Shown here in pieces: positions 26,898-34,794 of a stretch of DNA of 64,000 bases. The notes under the pieces are model-generated. The model ran no database searches. It was given only the letters and a program-made list of their open reading frames with translations, and was not told where the DNA came from. Location of the stretch: sequence record MN445185.1, one strand, 5' to 3'. Within the stretch, counting starts at the first letter, position 1. Every line of letters begins with the position of its first letter. A program made the translations under genes and the position numbers.

Positions 26898-28598
26898 ATG
26901 CAGCTTGTAAATCTACTGATGTATCCGGTCTACGATGTTCCAGAGCAAGTTCGTCGCCGCATCGGCTTTAACGCATCGACGGGTGCACTGGATGACTTAG
27001 CAGCAGCGGTTGAACTGGGCGGGGAAAAAGCTGTGGGAACACAGCAGTATCAAGAAGCGTTATCTGCCATCGTGGGCTTCGATGGCACCCAGAATGGTTT
27101 TGAGCGTCCATTCATCAACGTGTCCGATGATGACAATCGTCCTGTACAGTTCCAATGGGAATCACGTGATACCGGTATCTTTAACTTCGTGGCGGTGTTT
27201 ATTGCTAAACCTCTGAATGCAACACGCACTCAGGAAACGCAATACATCGTCTCCGGTTATACCAGTCAGGCAGAAACCAGCCTGGGTAGCCTGCTGCCGG
27301 ACGATATGGTGTTGTACATTAACGACATCTACGGCTTACAGGCAACGTATACACACGATGCCCTGGGCGGCAAAACATTGAACCCAGACTCATTCCGTCT
27401 ACTGGATAACTACGTTTTATCGAAAGCGCTGTCTGTTGAAGGTCAAACAGAAAGTACGGTAGATATCATTTCGATCGCGAAAGCAGCGGACATGGTAAAA
27501 CGTATTGAAATGAATAGCGGTGAGAAGTTCGTCCCAACGAGCGACTCTGTGCTATCCGCAACCAGTAGCTCTGCACCACAGTTGATGGTATCCCAACTCC
27601 AGCGTCCAGAAAACTACGTATCTGCAATCAGTAATGCGTATCTGGCAAGCTCTGGGGTAGATACCGAACTCGGTAGCGTGGAAAGCTTCTTTGCAGGTAA
27701 TAACTCCATCGGCGTTGAATCTGAATTGAAGCAGCGTGGTGTTATCCGTAACTACAGCAACCACGAACTGATTGCTGCGATGCGTCAAGCACTCCAGAAC
27801 GGGATGTCTGATGTATCTGGCGGTTGGAAAGCAACCAGTAAGGCGACGTTCCGTTTGGCTGATTTGCGTAATGCGATTGTCAACCCAATGCGGTTGGATG
27901 AATGTATCCGTGAATCGCTGGCGCTGGCAAGTCGCCGTGGGTTGGGTGCAGGGCTGGTTAACCAAACCGACCACTGGATTGGACGTAATGGCTTCTCCAC
28001 GCAGGGTAGTCTAGTTGCGTATGATCTGGCTATGTCTATCGGGCCGATTATGTCACGTAACCTGATTGGTGAAGTGAGCTTTGTCTTTGATAACCGCAAC
28101 ACAGATATCATGATAGAGCCTACGCTGGAAGTTATTCCTAACTCAGTCAGCAGCATCACGCACCATCAGTTACCTGCTGCATTAGGTCGTCGTTTCTTGC
28201 AGAACATGAAAGAAGCGATGGTTCAGGTTACTAAACATAACCATATTCGCTGCCACATGCTGGTCACCGCATTGTTGGGGACCGTTACTCGTATTGAAAT
28301 CCGTGTCGACGACGAACCGCTGGAATATTACACCTACGCGTCGTTTATGCAATTCCGTCTCCATACCGGCAACACCACCGATCTCAAATACGTTGGTGAG
28401 CTGGCACAGAACACCGCAACGCTGCTGAAAGCCGTGGAAGAAGGTTATACAGAATTCGAGAAAGGCCAAGGCCGGGGTCGAATGCTATCTAACATTCCAA
28501 CTAACACAGGTGGCTTAGATCCTCTTGGAGGTCTTGACCTGGGTGGTGGCTTAGGCGGTATAGGCGGAAACGGACTCGGCAACGGTCTCATTGATTAA
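26898..28598 (+). CDS. PicA/Imp1-like nuclear import factor (phiKZ gp69-like)
   Basis: 566 aa, SD TAAGGAG; synteny only; Gly/Leu-rich tail. Confidence 0.6.
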   Translation: MQLVNLLMYPVYDVPEQVRRRIGFNASTGALDDLAAAVELGGEKAVGTQQYQEALSAIVGFDGTQNGFERPFINVSDDDNRPVQFQWESRDTGIFNFVAVFIAKPLNATRTQETQYIVSGYTSQAETSLGSLLPDDMVLYINDIYGLQATYTHDALGGKTLNPDSFRLLDNYVLSKALSVEGQTESTVDIISIAKAADMVKRIEMNSGEKFVPTSDSVLSATSSSAPQLMVSQLQRPENYVSAISNAYLASSGVDTELGSVESFFAGNNSIGVESELKQRGVIRNYSNHELIAAMRQALQNGMSDVSGGWKATSKATFRLADLRNAIVNPMRLDECIRESLALASRRGLGAGLVNQTDHWIGRNGFSTQGSLVAYDLAMSIGPIMSRNLIGEVSFVFDNRNTDIMIEPTLEVIPNSVSSITHHQLPAALGRRFLQNMKEAMVQVTKHNHIRCHMLVTALLGTVTRIEIRVDDEPLEYYTYASFMQFRLHTGNTTDLKYVGELAQNTATLLKAVEEGYTEFEKGQGRGRMLSNIPTNTGGLDPLGGLDLGGGLGGIGGNGLGNGLID

Positions 28599-28610
28599 GG
28601 ATTATTAACC

Positions 28611-29978
28611 ATGAAATTGATTGAATTCTACCGTTCGTTTCTGACCTCGCTCGGATACGGATTCGAAGGTGACATGCTGACTATCGATGATGGTCATCCG
28701 GCAATGTTCACCTACAACAAAGTGAAGCGCCGCTTGGTGCTTCCAACTGCAGCGATGATTAAGCGTGGGTTGGAAGATGACGAAGGTAGTGAATGTCATG
28801 CGTTCCACCCACTGTGTGAATCGGTACTGGCTGGCGAATCTGGAACGATTCGTTTCCTGAAGAAAGCCATCAGCGCGAACCTCTTCCTGAAAAGCTTCGA
28901 GTTAATCGATGCGATTTTGGAAACAGCAGCCGAAGGAAAAAATATCCGTCTGGCATCGTACAAGAAGTTTTTAAGCGATGTGGTTTGTGCTGACCTGAAA
29001 GATCCAACGATGGATAAGAAACTGGTTCAGAGCTGGCACGCAGTGAAGAACTACGTTTACGGGTTGCTGGAAGAAGATAAAAAGACAAAGATCACCAGTA
29101 TCTTCATCTCCAGCGATATGACCATTGAAGGTATCAAATATATCCGTGTGGCGAACTACAAACACATGTTTGAAGAAGAGTCACTGGATGGTACGGCAAC
29201 ATTCTTCGGTGCCAAGCTCCAGCGTAAGCAGGATAAGGTTATTATCTTTAACCTGCTAACTGCAGTGTTTGGTTGGTATCCTTCGGTTACGGGTTCTAAC
29301 GATCCGCGTCCGTACTTCGGTTCTTTGGCACGCGGTTGGGCACAATACGTGACCAACTACAATCAAGTGGTTCGTGGTCTGCGTGACCACACTCCACTGC
29401 GTCCGTTAGAAGAAGAATGGATTGGCCAACTGGATAACATGAGCGTTTATGATAACGTTATCCAAACTCTGCCGTATAATACCGGCCCACGTAACGATCA
29501 GGCAACAGACACCACCGCAACGGATTTCCGTATCGGGCGTACACCTGCCGGCACAAAGCCGGTCGTTGCTTTAGCTTCTCAACAAGCTCCGCAGGAAAAT
29601 CTTGATCTCAACGATCCGGTAAACTATTTCCGTGCGAAGAAAGCGCAACAGGCGTCTTCAGCTAATAGCTTCAATGCGTTAGCACCGAAGATTCAGGAAG
29701 CGCTGCGTGAGAACAACGGCCATTTACCGAAAGGGACAATTAAAGAACTGTCTCTCGGTGAAGCGCTGCGTGGTAATGCGGTGACGAAAGAAAGTGGTCT
29801 GGGTTCTGGTTTGCTGGGAAGTAGTAATAATCTCTTGGGGGGTAGCACGCAGTTGGGCGGCGGTAGCACCAACCTCTTAGGAGGGAGTAGTGACGTGTTA
29901 GGTGGTCTGGGTGGTTTAGGTGGCGGAAGTAGCAGCAGTTTAGGCAACCTACCATTCTCATCAGCTAATTTACGTTAA
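28611..29978 (+). CDS. Nucleus-associated protein (phiKZ gp70-like)
   Basis: 455 aa; CHAFHPLCE motif; LGG-rich tail; synteny. Confidence 0.55.
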   Translation: MKLIEFYRSFLTSLGYGFEGDMLTIDDGHPAMFTYNKVKRRLVLPTAAMIKRGLEDDEGSECHAFHPLCESVLAGESGTIRFLKKAISANLFLKSFELIDAILETAAEGKNIRLASYKKFLSDVVCADLKDPTMDKKLVQSWHAVKNYVYGLLEEDKKTKITSIFISSDMTIEGIKYIRVANYKHMFEEESLDGTATFFGAKLQRKQDKVIIFNLLTAVFGWYPSVTGSNDPRPYFGSLARGWAQYVTNYNQVVRGLRDHTPLRPLEEEWIGQLDNMSVYDNVIQTLPYNTGPRNDQATDTTATDFRIGRTPAGTKPVVALASQQAPQENLDLNDPVNYFRAKKAQQASSANSFNALAPKIQEALRENNGHLPKGTIKELSLGEALRGNAVTKESGLGSGLLGSSNNLLGGSTQLGGGSTNLLGGSSDVLGGLGGLGGGSSSSLGNLPFSSANLR

Positions 29979-29983
29979 GCGTT

Positions 29984-30016
29984 AGAAAGAAGGGACTGGG
30001 CGTCCCTTCTTTTTTT
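29984..30016. terminator. Bidirectional terminator
   Basis: AGAAGGGAC-TGGGC-GTCCCTTCT followed by T tract, between convergent genes. Confidence 0.8.
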
Positions 30017-30339
30017 CAAGATTCTACGATAGTCGATAAGATGTTACTTACCACACCGACACTAGGAACCAATAAGGTCCTTATCTCTGGCGTGAAATCA
30101 AACGGAGTAGAAATTCCGTTCATTAACATCATCGGATAAATAATACTATTATCGTACTGTTTGAGACGACAGTACGCGTAGAAACTGTGTACCTCTGGGT
30201 AGGCATATTTTGGGTCAACAACTTCTTCTGTAGTATCTGGGTGTTTGCGAAGGAAGTCTGTATAGTCATGCAACACCTTATACTTGGTCGAATCAGGCGA
30301 AGGTATTATTTCGGATAAGGTAGCAAATTTATCTAGCAT
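30016..30339 (-). CDS. Small conserved protein with a LysM/tail-X-like pattern
   Basis: 107 aa, SD AAGGAG; YPMMLMNGISTPFDF...LLVPS. Confidence 0.7.
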   Translation of the reverse strand: MLDKFATLSEIIPSPDSTKYKVLHDYTDFLRKHPDTTEEVVDPKYAYPEVHSFYAYCRLKQYDNSIIYPMMLMNGISTPFDFTPEIRTLLVPSVGVVSNILSTIVES

Positions 30340-30360
30340 CGTCTCTCCTTAAAATAAAAC

Positions 30361-30375
30361 AGATAGATATTATCT
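30361..30375 (+). promoter_or_regulatory. Putative early promoter motif
   Basis: AGATAGATATTATCT upstream of the nvRNAP beta gene. Confidence 0.65.
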
Positions 30376-30405
30376 TACCGAGGTAACCAAAAGGAGCATT
30401 TACGA

Positions 30406-32643
30406 ATGAAAACACCAGTCGAACTCATGTCAAGCGTTGCTGACCGTGAGGTGAATATCACTGGCGTATCTGGGGCACGTGCCTCAATGGTGGGTGGACA
30501 TATGAAGTCGGCGGTACCACTGGACAATCCAGATCCGACTATCCATTTTACCGGCGCTGATGTGAACTACCACGATTATTGTTTTAACGATATCGTGGAA
30601 GACAGTGGTACCGTGTGCAGTTACACAACCAAAGAAGGTGTTACTCGTGCAGCTGTTTTTGCACGCTATGGTCGTGAAGGGGATCACGATCCGCTCCAAC
30701 ATGTTATCTTCTTCACGCGCGCAGATTTAACCAACCAGCGCAAAGTGATGATTGATGTAATCGATATCAAGTATTACACCAACCACGATAACATTTTCTC
30801 GTCTAAGAAAGAGGCTACTGGGAAACTTCAGGCGTTGCTGCGCGGACAGACGCAGCACCTGGAAAAAGATGAAATGCTTACCGTACTGCCGGCACAGAAA
30901 GACGGTGAGTTTGTCGATGGGGTCAACCTGCACACTGTGACAATGTCGCACCCGGACATTATCGAGGACTCGTACACCATCTCCGAAACTGCAGCGAAGG
31001 CGATGCACGCTTATGGTTTGCGTGCAATCGACTTTACCTTGCGCGACGACGAGTACCTGCTTGATACGTATGGGACAACGGGTATTGATGGCGTTCGTCG
31101 GCCACAGTACCTGCCCAATAAAGGACAGGCAATTCGCGATGATGGGTTGGTTATAGCCGCGCGTCGTTTCGATAAGCTGTGGGCGGCTATTGACTCGCAC
31201 GTGGGCGAAACACAACATATCTCTCCACACTTCGACCGTTGTGAGTATGTTGATGCTGACCCTGAGCATTACAAAGCGCGTCAGGCCGGCGACTTTGAAA
31301 AGATGGAACGTACCGGTTCTCGTGTCGTTGATATTCAGGTATGGCGGGACGAAACCAAATGCGATCGTGGTGTTAACAATATCGCATGTACCGAAGAGAA
31401 CAAACGCGAGTTAGATCACTACGCGAACGCTTTGAAACGTTTTTACAATGATATCGTGCGGTTCTATTTTGCGATGTCCAAAGACAAGAACATTGTCTGG
31501 TCACCGAAAGCGTTTGAGATCCTTGACAAGGCGTTCTGTTCTGAGACGTATGAAGTCTATAACGACTTCCGTGAAGAGATTGGTCGTGAATACGATGAAG
31601 CCATGCGTAAAGGTGAGTATAACCGTTCTGCTGATAAGAACGTGTTGAACAAACTGGCGCAGCCGGTTCAGCGTGGTCTCTGGGACCCAATTGGTAGCTA
31701 CACGATACGCATCGTGGTACGTTATCCAATCCCAGTTACCGTCTCATCGAAAATCACCGACCGTTCAGGTACAAAAGGTATCGTGGGTGCAGTGCGGCCT
31801 GATGAAGAAATGCCGATTAACGAGTTCGGAGAACGTGTGCATGTCATTCGTTCCATGAACGCCGTAATTCGTCGTTCGACTTATGCTGCGCTGTTCCACA
31901 TGTATTGGTCTGCTGCATCCGAGCAGTTGAAGATGCGGTTGAAACCATTACTTGCCGCCAACCAGGTTGACGAAGCCTGGGAAATCCTGATGGACTATAT
32001 CGATCGCTATAACCCACGCTGGACATTCTATCTCAATGCCAGTCACCCGGATACTGGGTCACGTCTGGAACTCTTTAAAGAGATTTACGACTTCACGATT
32101 CGTATCTGGCTTCCCCACGAATTGAATGCTACCCAGGTAGAAATCTGCCGTGCTCTAGGCGAGTATGCACCACGCAAGTCTAAGCTACTGATTACTAACT
32201 ATCAGGGTGAGAAAGAGTGGACGAAGAACCAGTTCTACGTCGGCATGGTAGAGACTCTGCGCCTGGATAAAACCGGTCGTGAGTTCTCCAGTATCTCGTC
32301 GATGTACACGAACTATTTGGGTTGTATTGATGCATCCAACCAAGGACGTGGTTCATATCCGATTAACCTGAAAGGGTTGAAGTGGGGTGGTCCTTCCGAG
32401 CAGCGTCTTACCGACGGCTTTGGTCCGGGCAACTTCCCCGAAACTCATGACCGCGCTAATAACCCTGCGGTACACCGTGCGATCGTAACGGGGTTGTATA
32501 ACTCGCCAACACCAACCAATCCGGGGGTGCTGGTCGATCGTAAGAAACTGCCAATGGGAGATTCGCAGATTGACAGGATGATACGTAACATCCATCGCTG
32601 TGAAGGTTTTGAATTAGTGCGTCCAATTCGGGAGGATAAATAA
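30406..32643 (+). CDS. nvRNAP beta subunit (phiKZ gp71-73-like), uninterrupted
   Basis: GVNLHTVTMS..IEDSY; SSKITDRSGTKGIVG; GLKWGG. Confidence 0.92.
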   Translation: MKTPVELMSSVADREVNITGVSGARASMVGGHMKSAVPLDNPDPTIHFTGADVNYHDYCFNDIVEDSGTVCSYTTKEGVTRAAVFARYGREGDHDPLQHVIFFTRADLTNQRKVMIDVIDIKYYTNHDNIFSSKKEATGKLQALLRGQTQHLEKDEMLTVLPAQKDGEFVDGVNLHTVTMSHPDIIEDSYTISETAAKAMHAYGLRAIDFTLRDDEYLLDTYGTTGIDGVRRPQYLPNKGQAIRDDGLVIAARRFDKLWAAIDSHVGETQHISPHFDRCEYVDADPEHYKARQAGDFEKMERTGSRVVDIQVWRDETKCDRGVNNIACTEENKRELDHYANALKRFYNDIVRFYFAMSKDKNIVWSPKAFEILDKAFCSETYEVYNDFREEIGREYDEAMRKGEYNRSADKNVLNKLAQPVQRGLWDPIGSYTIRIVVRYPIPVTVSSKITDRSGTKGIVGAVRPDEEMPINEFGERVHVIRSMNAVIRRSTYAALFHMYWSAASEQLKMRLKPLLAANQVDEAWEILMDYIDRYNPRWTFYLNASHPDTGSRLELFKEIYDFTIRIWLPHELNATQVEICRALGEYAPRKSKLLITNYQGEKEWTKNQFYVGMVETLRLDKTGREFSSISSMYTNYLGCIDASNQGRGSYPINLKGLKWGGPSEQRLTDGFGPGNFPETHDRANNPAVHRAIVTGLYNSPTPTNPGVLVDRKKLPMGDSQIDRMIRNIHRCEGFELVRPIREDK

Positions 32644-34748
32644 TGGCGGGTCGTTCTGTACACGTGCGTGATTTGCGTATGCTTAACTCTGATCAGGTGT
32701 GGAAACTACGCGGGCGTTATTACGTGACATTCGACGATGGTAAGTCGTTGGAAATGTCTAGTCGCCACATCAAACTCAGCTGGCCGTATTGGGGTGTGTC
32801 GCGTCTGTATCCGCAGGTGCCCACTCCATCGACCATGGCGTATCGTCCAGGTCAGGTAGCAACAGATGACCTGCATCTGGACTTTATGTCGGAAGCAGCG
32901 GTACTGGCCCGTAAAGCAGGTGTCGACCTTGCTGAAACGCGTTATATCCTGAGTCAACATGTCTACGCCGATGCGTTCAACATGACAGTGAAGAACCTGC
33001 TGTCCTATTGCACGACAATCGACTTTGATACGATGATGGAGATCTACGACCATCCGAACTTCGAACTCATCCGTCAGTGGGAAGTGCAATATCCTACTGG
33101 CTACGATGAAGATGGTCGGGATATGGTTGAAGAAGCGTACAAGCTTATCGAGAAAATCTTCAAAGACCCTGCGCTACGGTATAACCCGGTCGTGATGTCG
33201 GTACTGGATGGTACTGTGAAGATGAACCAGGTACTGCAAGCCTTCGTGCGTGGTAAAACGTCAGAAATTGACTCACGTGTATACACCAATCAGGTGTGGG
33301 AAGGCTTCTTTACCGGAATGCATTCGGTTATTTCGCGTTTGAAAGAATCTGGTGCAACTTCACGTTCCCACTTGTACAACACTGACAAGATTGCCGAAGC
33401 AGAATACGCCTCACGTAAACTGCAGCTGGCAGCAAACGTACTGATGTATTTCACGTACGACGACTGCGGTACAACTCACGCACACCGCTACACGTTTAAG
33501 GATACGCAGCTGGATGAGCGTGCCTATAAAGCGATGGTGGGGATGCGTTATCGTTTAGAAGGTGATAATGGTCCGTGGTTGAGATTTGAGAAAGGTGGAT
33601 ACGCAGACCTGGTTGGCAAACCGCTGGTCTTCCGTAGTGCCATGACCTGTAAAGAGATGGCGAATCAGTCCATCTGTGCGACCTGTATGGGGGATTTGAT
33701 TTATAACCTCTCTGAAGGTACGTCACCAGGTCATCTGGCATCCACGTCCATCTCGGAAAAGGGTACACAGGGAATTCTCTCTACCAAGCACCTTGACTTC
33801 TTGCGTTATCTGCTCAACCTGGTACTCACCCCACGTATGCGTGAGTATATGACCGAATACAAACATAACTCTCTGAAAGGGTTGTGCTTGCTGCCAAAAC
33901 CACAGCGTGGGAATTGGTCAGAATACGAGTTGGTTGTTACCGACAAAGTTTATTCGGAGCTGAGCCAGATTGCGTATCATGAAGATCTCGATGCAATTGA
34001 TGAAACGGCATTACCAGAAATCACCGACTTAACTTTCCAACGTCGTTTAGAAGATGGGCAGATAATCGCTGCGGATTCTATCGATGTGCGAATGGGTGTT
34101 TGTGGGAACTTCTCTAAACCGTTCCTGCACTACTTCTTGAAACAACGAGCGAACATTCGTATCGAGAAGAAGACGGTTCAGATTCCTTTGAAAGGATGGA
34201 ACCCGAAACACCCGGTCCTGGTCTACACCAACCGTTCTGAATCGATGGCGGAGTTCGTAGCCGGCTTAGAAACCAAGCTCCGTTCGATTGCTGCCGATAA
34301 GAACGAAGACATTGTGGAAATCATCAACACAGCCTCGACTGTGAAGCTGAACAAGAAACAAGGTCGTGTGAAACCGGTGACGTTGGTTGAAATGGGTGGT
34401 GCTACAGAGAAACAGTGTACTTATGCGTTGATGGACACGTTTAAGTATATCCAGCGTAAGCTGAGTGGTATACCGATGACGCACATTGCGATTATGTTGG
34501 CGATATCTCGTGTAGAGTCGCCAACCAATCCGTTCCCGGCAGTAGGATTTGACAGTGAGGATTCTACTAATGCCACCGGGAAACGGTTTGTCGATCACAA
34601 CACGCTCATTAGTTTGCGCTCGGCAATTCCGATGTTGTTGTTTGAAGGACAGCAGGGGAATATCGATCGCGTTGGTTTTTATACCGAGTACAAAATCCCG
34701 GCATCGTTGTACGATGACCTAGGAGCCGCTGTGGTAATTGAGTTGTAA
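32643..34748 (+). CDS. nvRNAP beta' C-terminal subunit (phiKZ gp74-like)
   Basis: DCGT, RSAMTC...CATC, and trigger-loop-like GHLASTSISEKGTQGILSTKH. Confidence 0.92.
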   Translation: MAGRSVHVRDLRMLNSDQVWKLRGRYYVTFDDGKSLEMSSRHIKLSWPYWGVSRLYPQVPTPSTMAYRPGQVATDDLHLDFMSEAAVLARKAGVDLAETRYILSQHVYADAFNMTVKNLLSYCTTIDFDTMMEIYDHPNFELIRQWEVQYPTGYDEDGRDMVEEAYKLIEKIFKDPALRYNPVVMSVLDGTVKMNQVLQAFVRGKTSEIDSRVYTNQVWEGFFTGMHSVISRLKESGATSRSHLYNTDKIAEAEYASRKLQLAANVLMYFTYDDCGTTHAHRYTFKDTQLDERAYKAMVGMRYRLEGDNGPWLRFEKGGYADLVGKPLVFRSAMTCKEMANQSICATCMGDLIYNLSEGTSPGHLASTSISEKGTQGILSTKHLDFLRYLLNLVLTPRMREYMTEYKHNSLKGLCLLPKPQRGNWSEYELVVTDKVYSELSQIAYHEDLDAIDETALPEITDLTFQRRLEDGQIIAADSIDVRMGVCGNFSKPFLHYFLKQRANIRIEKKTVQIPLKGWNPKHPVLVYTNRSESMAEFVAGLETKLRSIAADKNEDIVEIINTASTVKLNKKQGRVKPVTLVEMGGATEKQCTYALMDTFKYIQRKLSGIPMTHIAIMLAISRVESPTNPFPAVGFDSEDSTNATGKRFVDHNTLISLRSAIPMLLFEGQQGNIDRVGFYTEYKIPASLYDDLGAAVVIEL

Positions 34749-34750
34749 AC

Positions 34751-34777
34751 CGAGGGGCCTTGCGCCCCTCTTTTTTT
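34751..34777 (+). terminator. Intrinsic terminator
   Basis: GAGGGGC-CTTGC-GCCCCTC followed by T7. Confidence 0.85.
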
Positions 34778-34794
34778 GTGCGAAGAGGGGCAGC

